A program made the translations under genes and the position numbers. Shown here in pieces: positions 33,132-41,569 of a DNA stretch of 44,330 nucleotides (position 1 is the first letter of the stretch; every line of letters starts with the position of its first letter). The notes under the pieces were generated by a model. That model was not told the origin of the DNA. It ran no database searches and saw nothing but the letters and a program-made list of their open reading frames with translations. The DNA is from a virus. The DNA is taken from the IMG/VR virus record IMGVR_UViG_3300010384_000013; one strand, written 5' to 3'.

Positions 33132-33147
33132 TGCGTATTTCTACGCA
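33132..33147. promoter_or_regulatory. operator palindrome TGCGTA-N4-TACGCA (copy 1)
   Basis: Perfect inverted repeat TGCGTAtttcTACGCA in the 95-bp cI/cro-like intergenic region. Confidence 0.7.
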
Positions 33148-33164
33148 CAATGCAAGCCACATTC

Positions 33165-33180
33165 TGCGTAAAGATACGCA
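33165..33180. promoter_or_regulatory. operator palindrome TGCGTA-N4-TACGCA (copy 2)
   Basis: Perfect inverted repeat TGCGTAaagaTACGCA, centred 33 bp from copy 1. Confidence 0.7.
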
Positions 33181-33214
33181 TGGCGTCATTTTTAGCCCAG
33201 CGTATGAATCCGGC

Positions 33215-33871
33215 ATGGAAAAGATGACGCCGGAAAAGCTGGGAAAAATGATCGAGGACGCAGGGACGAACCCAGCCGCGCTGGCGCTCGATATAGGCAG
33301 GGACAAGGACTATATCCGCGACTTTCTCGTGAGTAGGAAGAAATCGCTAAAGGCAGATGACCTGGCCCTGATCCTCGACAGGCTTTCAAAGTTCGAAGCC
33401 AAGCCATCGAAGGAAGATGATGAAATCCCGATTGTCGGCTTGCCGATTGTATCTGACGTTCAGGCCGGCAATTGGTTGGAGGTTACTACCCTTGATGCTC
33501 CGGCCGAGCACGAGATTTTGCCGGTTGCCAGAGATCCCCGCTTCCCGAGAGCCGCGCAATATGCCTTGAGGGTTCGCGGGGATTCAATGGACCGCGAATA
33601 TCCAGACGGGACCTTTGTCACCTGCGTCGATTTCTGGGATGCCGGCGTCCCGCTGCGTGATGGCCTGATCGTGCATGTACAGAGAACCAGGGCCGGCGGC
33701 CAATTGGTCGAGGTCACGGTGAAGGCTATCGAAAAGATCGACGGCAAGCTATGGCTGGCGCCGAGAAGTTCAAACCCGATATGGACCAGAGTACCCGTGG
33801 ATAGCGATAAGACCTTTGAGGTCAAGGTTCGCGGTATCGTGACTGGCGGGTGGCGCCCGGCCAAAATTTGA
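33215..33871 (+). CDS. cI: CI-type repressor, HTH + S24 (LexA-like) autopeptidase domain
   Basis: ATG 33215 (MEKMTPEKLGKMIEDAG...). C-terminal ALRVRGDSMDREYPDG (catalytic Ser motif) and VTVKAIEK (Lys). Confidence 0.85.
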   Translation: MEKMTPEKLGKMIEDAGTNPAALALDIGRDKDYIRDFLVSRKKSLKADDLALILDRLSKFEAKPSKEDDEIPIVGLPIVSDVQAGNWLEVTTLDAPAEHEILPVARDPRFPRAAQYALRVRGDSMDREYPDGTFVTCVDFWDAGVPLRDGLIVHVQRTRAGGQLVEVTVKAIEKIDGKLWLAPRSSNPIWTRVPVDSDKTFEVKVRGIVTGGWRPAKI

Positions 33872-33885
33872 TCTAGGAGGCGGAG

Positions 33886-34041
33886 GTGGGCGAAGAAGAA
33901 TATCGGAATCTGATCGAATGGCATCGCAACACGCAGAAGGCCATAGGACGATTGGAGTTTCTAGTGGGGCTGATTTTTTTCGTAGTCGTGATCGCTCCAA
34001 TTTTGAGACATTTCGGCCTGTGGAATTTAGCAGGCTGGTAG
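33886..34041 (+). CDS. small single-TM protein downstream of cI (51 aa, GTG start)
   Basis: TAGGAGGCGGAG precedes GTG 33886. Sequence GEEEYRNLIEWHRNTQKAIGRLEFLVGLIFFVVVIAPILRHFGLWNLAGW. Confidence 0.4.
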   Translation: MGEEEYRNLIEWHRNTQKAIGRLEFLVGLIFFVVVIAPILRHFGLWNLAGW

Positions 34042-34088
34042 AGCTATAGATCACATCCCTCAGTGCTCTTATACCGGCGATATATAAA

Positions 34089-34115
34089 CTCACGTGTTTA
34101 GCTCTCACGTGTTAG
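34089..34115. repeat. tandem CTCACGTGTT(T)AG direct repeat (two CACGTG palindromes)
   Basis: ctcacgtgtttag at 34089-34101 and ctcacgtgttag at 34104-34115. Confidence 0.7.
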
Positions 34116-34123
34116 GGTGACAG

Positions 34124-34162
34124 TAGGTGGCACTTTTGAGAAGTGCCAATAGGTGGCACTTT
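34124..34162. repeat. TAGGTGGCACTTT x2 with an inverted AAGTGCCA between them (alternative 8-bp hairpins)
   Basis: Copies at 34124-34136 and 34150-34162. TGGCACTT (34128-35) pairs with AAGTGCCA (34141-48), which can also pair with TGGCACTT (34154-61). The element overlaps the stop of the wHTH gene. Confidence 0.7.
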
Positions 34163-34472
34163 AAATTGCCAGATAATAGCGGTTCACCCCTCGCTTTCGC
34201 CGCTCGATAATCAAAAGCCCCTCGCCTTCCAGGCGGTTGATCGTCCGCACCACGGTTCGCTTGCTGCACGCCGTATCGAGCGCAATCGTTGACACGCTCG
34301 GGCGCGCGTACTGCTCATCGAAATTGATGTAGAGGGCAAGCCGGCAGGCAATGAGACGCTGCTTATCTGGCAGCCAGTCCTTGCCGATGACGTGCTTCAT
34401 CCACCGATCCCTGAACGCTGCATAATCGGCCCGCGACATCGGGATCGCGGCGGGAAGAACCTGCTTCGGCAT
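34161..34472 (-). CDS. winged-helix DNA-binding protein (second regulator, divergent from the early operon)
   Basis: ATG 34472 is preceded by AGGGA. 103 aa. VSTIALDTACSKRTVVRTINRLEGEGLLIIERR is a wHTH pattern. The upstream part of the ORF-track version is AT-rich promoter DNA. Confidence 0.7.
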   Translation of the reverse strand: MPKQVLPAAIPMSRADYAAFRDRWMKHVIGKDWLPDKQRLIACRLALYINFDEQYARPSVSTIALDTACSKRTVVRTINRLEGEGLLIIERRKRGVNRYYLAI

Positions 34473-34627
34473 AGTCCCTACGTAGCGGACTTTTCCGCAA
34501 TGCACAACACATTTCCGGAATTTTCCGCATTTTGTGCTTGCAATGCGTTTTTTTACGTATACAGTGATCCCCATCGAGATCACGAAGAAGCGCAAGCCGA
34601 TCTGGTCTCAACAACCGGAGACGAGAC
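34473..34627. promoter_or_regulatory. divergent early promoter / operator region
   Basis: TTTTCCGCA at 34491 and 34521. Palindrome TTCCGGAA at 34513-34520. GCAATGC at 34498 and 34540. Inverted repeat GTGATC-N8-GATCAC at 34564-34583. Confidence 0.55.
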
Positions 34628-34867
34628 ATGAGCACCGCAGCCAGCTTCAACGTCGAATATCGCCATCAGTTGGCAGCCCACGTGAAGGGGCTGCCGCGCG
34701 ACAAGCACGGGCGCATCTCATTCGCTGACTTCGATCGCCTCGATGCGCAGATCAAGGCGGACCGGGCTTCTGGCCTGATCACTCACTCCGACTTCTTCAA
34801 TTGCGGCTGCCTCATTGGGTCGGCGGTCAACATCGCCCCGCATCGCGACCCGCGCATCGCTGCCTGA
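34628..34867 (+). CDS. hypothetical early protein
   Basis: 79-aa ORF with GGAG 8 nt upstream. First gene of the plus-strand block. Confidence 0.7.
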   Translation: MSTAASFNVEYRHQLAAHVKGLPRDKHGRISFADFDRLDAQIKADRASGLITHSDFFNCGCLIGSAVNIAPHRDPRIAA

Positions 34868-34910
34868 TCACCCCCACAACAAGCGCAGCAGATGCGCTCT
34901 GGAGACGAAC

Positions 34911-35147
34911 ATGCGAACCGGTATCGACATCATCGCCCAGTTGGAAACCATCCAGGACGGATGCGAGCGAGCTGATGCACTGGAGGCGGCCAACCTCTGC
35001 CGCGACGAATTGATCAGCGTACTTGACCGCTACGGCTTCGGCCGCCCCGGCAGCGCGGTTCCGACAGACTGGCGCACCTACTACGGGACCGATGAGCTTC
35101 GCGGCTTCTGTCTCGAATATGCCGAGCAGTTTTCGCCATCGGCTTAG
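34911..35147 (+). CDS. hypothetical early protein
   Basis: ATG 34911 is preceded by GGAGACGAAC. 78 aa. Confidence 0.6.
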   Translation: MRTGIDIIAQLETIQDGCERADALEAANLCRDELISVLDRYGFGRPGSAVPTDWRTYYGTDELRGFCLEYAEQFSPSA

Positions 35148-35181
35148 CCCCTCCCCAACCGCAAGCCCGATACCGCGATAG

Positions 35182-35403
35182 ATGGAGAACGCCGTGACCG
35201 ACAAGATTTGCAAAGCTACGCTGACGCTGAACGACTGGGCCGGCCGCGTCGATGTTCCAGTGAAGGTCGTAGGGCGCACTCCCAAGCGGATCAGGGTCGA
35301 GCTTCTGCAAGATGCCCTGATGCCTGGGCGCCGTCGCGGCAAAGCCGGCGAAACATTCCTCGTACCGACTTACGCAGTCCGCGAGCAATGCGCTCCTTCG
35401 TAA
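35182..35403 (+). CDS. hypothetical early protein
   Basis: 73-aa ORF with protein-like sequence. Confidence 0.55.
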   Translation: MENAVTDKICKATLTLNDWAGRVDVPVKVVGRTPKRIRVELLQDALMPGRRRGKAGETFLVPTYAVREQCAPS

Positions 35404-35463
35404 CCACCCATCACCACCACTCGCAGTCCCGCACAGTCGGCGGCTTCACCAGAGAGAACGGCA

Positions 35464-35790
35464 ATGGACGCGAAAACACTTGAAGCACTGAAAGCTTCCA
35501 TCGCGAAGTGGGAGCGGAATGCTGAGGCGAAGACGCCGGGCGATGTTTTGATCGGCGCAGATGAATGCCCTCTCTGCAGGATATTCCATCCGTCTTTTGG
35601 CGGCGACTTCTGCGAAGGATGCCCTATCAATTCCGCCGGCCACTATGGCTGCGTGGGAACGCCATTCGAAGATGCAGACGGCGCTTTCGAAAACTGGAAC
35701 TTCGGAGACGGCAAGGGAAGAAAATTCCGCAAAGCAGCCCGCGATGAAGTCGCCTTTCTCAAGAGCCTTCTCCCGGAGGAAACTCCATGA
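35464..35790 (+). CDS. hypothetical Cys-rich early protein
   Basis: 108 aa, with CPLC ... CEGC pairs. Confidence 0.65.
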   Translation: MDAKTLEALKASIAKWERNAEAKTPGDVLIGADECPLCRIFHPSFGGDFCEGCPINSAGHYGCVGTPFEDADGAFENWNFGDGKGRKFRKAARDEVAFLKSLLPEETP

Positions 35791-36119
35791 GCGAAGTGAA
35801 GCATACGCCGACACCATGGACGACAAGCCCGTGCCCGAACGGTGGTGCAATCCTTCATCGTGGGGGCGGTAACTCCTGGGAGCATCCGCAAGGCATGTTG
35901 CAGATTGTCCCGGCTGAGGATGCCGATTTTATCGTCCGCTCCGTCAATGTCTATGACGACATGCTGGCCGCGCTTCGGCTCGCTCAGTCGGCCATCTCCA
36001 TGATGATAGAGCCGAAATCCATCAAAGAATTTGTGGTCCAGCACGCATTTGCTCGCGCCGTCGAAGCTGAGAACGCCGCCCGCTCAGCCATTGCTAAAGC
36101 TGAAGGCCGCACCCCATGA
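35787..36119 (+). CDS. hypothetical early protein
   Basis: 110 aa, with an ATGA overlap to the upstream gene. Confidence 0.65.
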   Translation: MSEVKHTPTPWTTSPCPNGGAILHRGGGNSWEHPQGMLQIVPAEDADFIVRSVNVYDDMLAALRLAQSAISMMIEPKSIKEFVVQHAFARAVEAENAARSAIAKAEGRTP

Positions 36120-36358
36120 CTCTCTACCGCCCCATAAGCGAGAGCGCGAAGCTCGGCGGCCAGGACTGGTATCGCGTCGGCTCTCACTTCGGAAGCCTGC
36201 TGGGCCCCGAGCATGACATCCGCGTCCTCTCGACCGGCAAGCTCTATCGCGTGGGTGACTTCACCTACCAGAGGCTCGTGAATGGCGCTCAGCCGACGCC
36301 CTACGGCTGGCTGGAGCTGAACGAAGATGGCGAGCCGGTGGAGGCCTCCGATGCATGA
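36116..36358 (+). CDS. hypothetical early protein
   Basis: 80 aa, coupled start. Confidence 0.6.
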   Translation: MTLYRPISESAKLGGQDWYRVGSHFGSLLGPEHDIRVLSTGKLYRVGDFTYQRLVNGAQPTPYGWLELNEDGEPVEASDA

Positions 36359-36521
36359 GCTTTCTGCAGGAGAATACCGCGCCCTCATGCTCCGCGCTCG
36401 TCGGTGGGCAATGATCTGCCTCGATGCCGGCCAGACCGAAGAAGCCAAACGCCAGATCAACGAAGCAGCGCGGTTCTCTGCTGCCGCCGATGAAATCGAA
36501 GCCGAGCGGAGGGCGGCGTGA
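36351..36521 (+). CDS. hypothetical early protein (56 aa)
   Basis: ATG 36351 (MHELSAGEYRALMLR...) overlaps the upstream gene's end by 8 nt. Confidence 0.45.
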   Translation: MHELSAGEYRALMLRARRWAMICLDAGQTEEAKRQINEAARFSAAADEIEAERRAA

Positions 36522-36814
36522 GTGACTTCGCTTGGTGGTCAGCCGCCATCGCTGGCGAGAAACCGCTGACCTACGAGACACCCGAGTGCGGCTACTTCAA
36601 ACTTCGTGACCGGCGCGGCCTTAACAGGGACTTGGCACCGATCAAGCGTCCGTGGGTAGCCTGCGCGATATGGCGCGACGAAGCCGGAGAATTGAAGGCT
36701 GAATTGGCAGGAATGGCGACATCGCCGGAGCGCATTTGGCCTTGGTGCGCCAAGTACCCGATTACCTACGAAGACTACGCCTACTGGCATCAACACGAAA
36801 GGTTCCCGCAATGA
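36518..36814 (+). CDS. hypothetical early protein
   Basis: 98 aa, coupled at both ends. Confidence 0.65.
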   Translation: MSDFAWWSAAIAGEKPLTYETPECGYFKLRDRRGLNRDLAPIKRPWVACAIWRDEAGELKAELAGMATSPERIWPWCAKYPITYEDYAYWHQHERFPQ

Positions 36815-37653
36815 ACCATGTAGCCAAGATCGACAGCAACCCGCAGAAGCGGTCCCTCATCGCAACTATGGCCGCCGGATATAGCATGGAGCCGGCATCC
36901 TTCGCCGCGACCGTGCGCGCAACCTGCATGCCGGCGAATTCAAGCGATGAGGAATTCGCCGCCTTCCTGCTCGTGGCCCACCAGCACGGCCTCAACCCGG
37001 TGACGCGCGAAATTTACGCTTTCCCGAAGAAGGGCGGCGGCATTCAGCCGATCGTTGGCATCGACGGATGGATGACGCTCATCAACTCTCACCCGCAGTC
37101 GGATGGTTTGGAGTTCCAGGACCATTTTGACGACAAGGGAAAGCTGTCCGCGATCACCTGCAAGATATACCGCAAGGACCGCCAGCGGCCCACTGAGGTC
37201 ACTGAATACATGGAGGAGTGCAAGCGGCCGACAGAACCTTGGCAGAAGTGGCCGGCGCGCATGCTTCGCCACAAGGCGGCTATCCAGTGCGCTCGTTACG
37301 CGTTCGGCTTCGCCGGCATCATCGACCCCGAAGAGGCGGAGCGCTCGCCAGAAGTGATCACAGGCGCGGTTGTAGCGCCGCCTCCGCAGATCGAGGCGCC
37401 GAAGACCGAACATATCACAGTCACCACATCTGATGGCGAAACTGTCGATGCTGTGGCGGAGGTAGACTACGGCGACTATTTCGAGCGGCTGCAGGAAGCC
37501 ATGGAAGGCGCCGCGACCGAAGGTGACGTGGAGGAAGTCTGGATAGACTTCGACCCCGAAGCAACCTTCCAGGACGACGCCGATAGCTTGGAATTGGCAA
37601 CCAATATCCGCACTCAGCGGCTCGCCAAGCTTCACCCGATCAACGCTGGATAA
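36811..37653 (+). CDS. recT: RecT-family single-strand annealing recombinase
   Basis: ATG 36811 (ATGA overlap). FLLVAHQHGLNPVTREIYAF...GIDGWMTLIN...KWPARMLRHKAAIQCARYAFG is the RecT pattern. Confidence 0.88.
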   Translation: MNHVAKIDSNPQKRSLIATMAAGYSMEPASFAATVRATCMPANSSDEEFAAFLLVAHQHGLNPVTREIYAFPKKGGGIQPIVGIDGWMTLINSHPQSDGLEFQDHFDDKGKLSAITCKIYRKDRQRPTEVTEYMEECKRPTEPWQKWPARMLRHKAAIQCARYAFGFAGIIDPEEAERSPEVITGAVVAPPPQIEAPKTEHITVTTSDGETVDAVAEVDYGDYFERLQEAMEGAATEGDVEEVWIDFDPEATFQDDADSLELATNIRTQRLAKLHPINAG

Positions 37654-37706
37654 GTTTCTCAACGGAGAAGGCTGGCGGCGCGAATGCCGCTGGCCGGGAG
37701 TTTCAG

Positions 37707-38117
37707 ATGAGCAGAGCGCTTGTCACCCTCAATAGCCAGTACGACCGCCGCCGGGTCCAAGATCTGATCTGGAAAGCACCGGCTGGAACGCGGGTCGAGA
37801 TCAAAGCCGCACAGCGAAGCTTGGACCAGAATTCAAAGATGTGGGCGAGTTTGACCGACATCGCATCGCAGCTCGCCTGGCACGGAAAGAAGCTTCGTCC
37901 CGATGACTGGAAGTTGGTCTTCATCGACGCGCTCAAGCGGGCGAACGGCGAGGTTCTAAACATCGTTCCCAACACGGACGGGACAGGTTTCGTGAACCTG
38001 AGCACATCGTCATCCGATCTGTCGAAGGCGGAAATGTCAGACCTCATCGAACTGATCGTTGAGTTCGGCGCGCGCCACGGCGTGACATTCCATGACAGCC
38101 AGGAGCAGGCCGCATGA
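37707..38117 (+). CDS. ninB: NinB/Orf-family recombination mediator
   Basis: RSLDQNSKMWASLTDIASQLAWHGKKLRPDDWKLVF aligns with lambda NinB RSLDQNRKLWACLGDVSRQVEWHGRWLDAESWKCVF. Confidence 0.9.
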   Translation: MSRALVTLNSQYDRRRVQDLIWKAPAGTRVEIKAAQRSLDQNSKMWASLTDIASQLAWHGKKLRPDDWKLVFIDALKRANGEVLNIVPNTDGTGFVNLSTSSSDLSKAEMSDLIELIVEFGARHGVTFHDSQEQAA

Positions 38118-38299
38118 ACGAGATGATCTACTACGTCGGCGGATACTGGCGGCGCCGGCCGACAACAAGGAAACGCCCGCACCCGCACGAATATAGCGCG
38201 ATGCACAATCGCCTGGTCGAAGAGGTGGAGTTCATGGAACAGCGCCGTCTCCAAGACGAACTGGCAGAGGCCATAGAGCAAGAGTTGGAGCGGATGTGA
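38114..38299 (+). CDS. hypothetical protein
   Basis: 61 aa, coupled at both ends. Confidence 0.55.
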   Translation: MNEMIYYVGGYWRRRPTTRKRPHPHEYSAMHNRLVEEVEFMEQRRLQDELAEAIEQELERM

Positions 38300-38688
38300 T
38301 GGCCTTCGCAGTTCCCCGCGCATCCACCGCCTTCAGCCTGGATAAGTCATCCAAGGCAACGAAGCGAACCGAAGACCCGGCGCACCTTGCCTACATTCGC
38401 AAGCTGCCCAGCGCTGTCTCAGGCCTGTTCGGCTGTGAAGCTTGCCACATCAGGACAGGCAGCGCGGTCCACAAGAAGAAACATACCGGCGCCGGGCAAA
38501 AGGCTGACGACGCGTGGACGCTCCCGCTGACGCCAGCCGAGCACAAGGCGCAACACTCAGCCAACGAATTGGCTTGGTGGCGCTCTCACGGCATCGATCC
38601 ATTCGAACTGGCCATCAAGCTTTACGAGGTCAGCGGCGACATTCCAGCCGGCATCGAGATCATCCGCAACACCCGTAGGAGCGCCTAG
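38296..38688 (+). CDS. DUF968 / Ref-like HNH-type nuclease candidate
   Basis: HLAYIRKLPSAVSGLFGCEACHIRTG ... DDAWTLPLTPAEHKAQH resembles the DUF968 (P1 Ref-like) pattern. Confidence 0.6.
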   Translation: MMAFAVPRASTAFSLDKSSKATKRTEDPAHLAYIRKLPSAVSGLFGCEACHIRTGSAVHKKKHTGAGQKADDAWTLPLTPAEHKAQHSANELAWWRSHGIDPFELAIKLYEVSGDIPAGIEIIRNTRRSA

Positions 38689-38690
38689 CT

Positions 38691-39698
38691 ATGAGCAAGC
38701 ACAAACCACTGGAAGCTCTTGCCCGCGCATTCGACAAGGAAGATGCAGCACAGCGCGGCGAGCCCGATCCCTGGAAGGATGCTGAAGACGATGCCGAATG
38801 GGTGTCGGAACGGCTTGCCTGCGCTCATGTCGCGGCCGAAGCATATCTCGCCGCCCGTTCCACCGTACCGGAAGCGGGGAAGGCGGTGGACGAGTTCTGC
38901 GGACATGGAGCTTTGCGCGTCGCCTGCCCTTATTGCAAAACCACTGCAAACTTCTCTATCGCATCCGTCCCAGCACCATCCGGAGCGGAGCCTACCGCCG
39001 ACCAAGAACTGCAAGAAGTTGCCGATGGCGCTTGGGGTGATGGTCCTATGCGTCGCCGCGCTGCGTTCGTGGAGATCGAACGTCGAGCTACTGTCGAGCG
39101 TGCCAAGGCCGCTGCTCCACAGGCGGTACCGGCAGAGGATGTGGCGAAGCTGGTGGAGAGACTGAATAGCATCGCCGAGGATCAGCGTGAATACGGGAGT
39201 GGGTCAACCGTCATTCCCGACGCGCTAACCGAAGCCGCTGCCGCGCTCACCAGCCTCTCTGCACGACTGGCCACCGCAGAAACGGCCCGCTACGTCGCCG
39301 CAACCAACTATCTCGACCTTGTCAAGTACAAGGAGCACCTCAAAGCAGAAGCCACCTCCCTGCGCAGGGAGGTGGATGAGGGCATCGAGCCGTATTTCGC
39401 TCGCCAGATTGAATGGTCGCGGGAAACGTTCGGGCCAGCGCTGCGCACCCACGGCGTCATCGACCACATCCGCAAGGAACTCACCGAGATCGAGGCCGAT
39501 CCGCACGACTTGTCCGAATGGATCGACGTCGTGATCTTGGCAATGGATGGCTTCTGGAGGCATGGCGGCTCCGCTGCCGATCTGATGCCGCGCCTGCTGG
39601 CTAAGCAACAGAAGAACATGGCGCGCTCGTGGCCTGACTGGCGCACGATGAGCGAGGATCAAGCCATTGAGCACAACCGAGCAGGAGCCTCCGAATGA
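38691..39698 (+). CDS. protein with C-terminal DUF550 (MazG/MazZ-like dATP/dGTP pyrophosphohydrolase-type) domain
   Basis: C-terminal WSRETFGP...HGVIDHIRKELTEIEADPHDLSEWIDVVILAMDGFWRHG...LAKQQKNMARSWPDW. The N-terminal ~200 aa are of unknown function. Confidence 0.7.
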   Translation: MSKHKPLEALARAFDKEDAAQRGEPDPWKDAEDDAEWVSERLACAHVAAEAYLAARSTVPEAGKAVDEFCGHGALRVACPYCKTTANFSIASVPAPSGAEPTADQELQEVADGAWGDGPMRRRAAFVEIERRATVERAKAAAPQAVPAEDVAKLVERLNSIAEDQREYGSGSTVIPDALTEAAAALTSLSARLATAETARYVAATNYLDLVKYKEHLKAEATSLRREVDEGIEPYFARQIEWSRETFGPALRTHGVIDHIRKELTEIEADPHDLSEWIDVVILAMDGFWRHGGSAADLMPRLLAKQQKNMARSWPDWRTMSEDQAIEHNRAGASE

Positions 39699-40027
39699 GC
39701 GCCATGATCACAGAGGCTCGGGTCAACGCCGCAGTGCGCGAATGGCGCCGCATCCGTGCGTCAGGCGAAGCTGCCGACATTCACCAAGCCATGCGGGCCG
39801 CCCTCGCCGCAGCCCTCTCCACAGCGGCGGCCAGACGGGAAGCGGAATGGCACGAAGATTATGGCGATGTTGTCTGGTGGACATGGCGTGACGGTCAATG
39901 GCTCGGAGAAGCCGCCTTCATAGGCTCGCCGCTCGGGTCTGACTGGCCGGGCTATCATACGCACTGGACGCCGCATCCATCATTCCCCGCCGCACCCCTC
40001 CCCGAGGATACCCATCATGGCCGGTAA
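39695..40027 (+). CDS. hypothetical protein
   Basis: 110 aa, ATGA-coupled. Confidence 0.6.
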   Translation: MSAMITEARVNAAVREWRRIRASGEAADIHQAMRAALAAALSTAAARREAEWHEDYGDVVWWTWRDGQWLGEAAFIGSPLGSDWPGYHTHWTPHPSFPAAPLPEDTHHGR

Positions 40028-40247
40028 GCTGACAGCGGTGGAGCGTGACCGCATGAACCATGCCTTAGGGATAGGGCGAGGCGGGAATCGCAACTTCTAC
40101 GCCGCTGGGGGCGACGACGTAGCGATATGGGAAGGGCTTGCCGCCAAGGGCTTTGCAGTCCAACGCAAGCCAAATCCGCTGTTCCCAGACGCATGCTTTA
40201 GCGTCACCCCAGCCGGCCGCACCGCACTGGAGGACAAGCATGGCTAA
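40017..40247 (+). CDS. hypothetical protein
   Basis: 76-aa ORF. Confidence 0.55.
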   Translation: MAGKLTAVERDRMNHALGIGRGGNRNFYAAGGDDVAIWEGLAAKGFAVQRKPNPLFPDACFSVTPAGRTALEDKHG

Positions 40248-40434
40248 GGTCTGGTGCGTTCGCTATCGCAATGAAGGCGGCGACCGTGAGGCTTGGTGTG
40301 CCGTGGCCGGCAACGTCAAGCCGGAGGAGGATGCGACAAGCGTCCCGACAAAATGCGGGCATTTCGTCATCCTGCCTCTGGGCACGTCCAAGCGCGAACC
40401 GACTTGCGCCGAATGCCGGGAGGACAAGCCATGA
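40240..40434 (+). CDS. small Cys-containing protein (64 aa)
   Basis: ATG 40240 (MAKVWCVRYRNEGGD...CAEC). Confidence 0.5.
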   Translation: MAKVWCVRYRNEGGDREAWCAVAGNVKPEEDATSVPTKCGHFVILPLGTSKREPTCAECREDKP

Positions 40435-40625
40435 GCATCGAGCGGGAGCTGTGCCCTGTTTGTCTCGTGCCTTTCAAGCCAGATGATATCTGCTCAACGG
40501 ATATCGAATTGGGCACATGCCACGCTGAATGCCTCAAGGGCTGTCCAACGGTCGATCTGAACACGGGAGAGCCGATAGACGGACCCATCCCGACATATCG
40601 CTACGACGAGGACGATCATGATTAG
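40431..40625 (+). CDS. small zinc-ribbon-like protein (64 aa)
   Basis: ATG 40431 (ATGA overlap). Motifs CPVC ... CHAEC. Confidence 0.55.
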   Translation: MSIERELCPVCLVPFKPDDICSTDIELGTCHAECLKGCPTVDLNTGEPIDGPIPTYRYDEDDHD

Positions 40626-40989
40626 TCTGACTACCCCCTCGGAGCCACGAGTAATTTATTTGAGCGGCCCGATTAGCGGCATGCCGGAGAAAAATCACCC
40701 GCTGTTTATGAGCGTGGCCAGCCAGCTCCGCGCCGCTGGACATCGGGTCTATAACCCTCGCGAATTTTGCTGGACCGAAGGGGTTTTCCCGAAACGCAGA
40801 GCATTCGCTGAATATTGCGCATTCATATGCGGCGAAGCAACGACCATCGTCATGCTTCCTGGCTGGCAAAAGTCAAAGGGCGCCACCACAGAACGCGGCC
40901 TTGCTGAAAACTGCGGCCTTGAAATCATCGAGTGGACCGAGCCTCAGGATACGTTCCTGATTGCAGATGATGTGGGAGGCGGGCCATGA
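40618..40989 (+). CDS. DUF4406-type (nucleoside 2-deoxyribosyltransferase-like fold) protein
   Basis: VIYLSGPISGMPEKNHPLF...GHRVYNP...LPGWQKSKGATTERGLAENCGLEI. Confidence 0.65.
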   Translation: MISLTTPSEPRVIYLSGPISGMPEKNHPLFMSVASQLRAAGHRVYNPREFCWTEGVFPKRRAFAEYCAFICGEATTIVMLPGWQKSKGATTERGLAENCGLEIIEWTEPQDTFLIADDVGGGP

Positions 40990-41309
40990 GCATCGAGAAG
41001 ATCGAGCGCACTGACTACATCGCCGAAGCCATCACCGAAGCATTTGGCGAGCGCTGTCCCGACTTTGCAGAGGGATGTGCATGCTGCGAGGCATGGCAGC
41101 AATATGACCGGCTGAGGGAAGTGGGGCGCAGGGCGAAGGAACTTGCGAACTCCTTCTACGTGTTCACCATCGAGGATGACGACGGCATTCGGCTATCAAC
41201 TGGCGGCATGGTTGTCGCGCACTATTCCGAGCATTCCCCGGAAGGTATCGCGCTTCTGAAGCTTGATGCGGCGTCACGCGTCCTCTCCGAGCGGGAGTGG
41301 CAGGAATGA
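40986..41309 (+). CDS. hypothetical protein
   Basis: 107 aa, coupled. Confidence 0.6.
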   Translation: MSIEKIERTDYIAEAITEAFGERCPDFAEGCACCEAWQQYDRLREVGRRAKELANSFYVFTIEDDDGIRLSTGGMVVAHYSEHSPEGIALLKLDAASRVLSEREWQE

Positions 41310-41569
41310 GCAGCGAGCGGATCATCTCCGTAGCCATATCGGCTTTCGGCATCGTCGCCAGCCTGCCGGCGCCCGCGCGCCATGGCGACGTTCTCCGCAA
41401 ACTTTGGGACTTCAACCAAACGGTTGTCGTCGGCGAGGACCGCCAAGGCTTCCTGACCAACACAGGGCGCTATGTGAACCGACGCGATGCGGCTGTCATT
41501 GCTCTTGCCGCTGGGCAGCTCGACAAGCTGTATGCGCCGCCGGACCTCTATTCGGAGGATCTATGGTGA
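41306..41569 (+). CDS. hypothetical protein
   Basis: ATG 41306, with GGGAG 8 nt upstream. 87 aa. Confidence 0.6.
   Translation: MSSERIISVAISAFGIVASLPAPARHGDVLRKLWDFNQTVVVGEDRQGFLTNTGRYVNRRDAAVIALAAGQLDKLYAPPDLYSEDLW

Noticed and set aside
32404-33306. 300-aa minus-strand ORF spanning the 32408-32664 intergenic region, the Cro-like gene and the cI start
   Set aside because: The translation is Arg/His/Ser-rich and non-protein-like. It overlaps better-supported genes on both strands and the operator region.
34128-34170. Sigma-54-type promoter (TGGCAC-N5-TTGC) at the TGGCAC repeats
   Set aside because: The GG-to-GC spacing is one base too long (TGGCACtttaaaTTGC). It would fire antisense into the wHTH gene. 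No AAA+ enhancer-binding protein is encoded.
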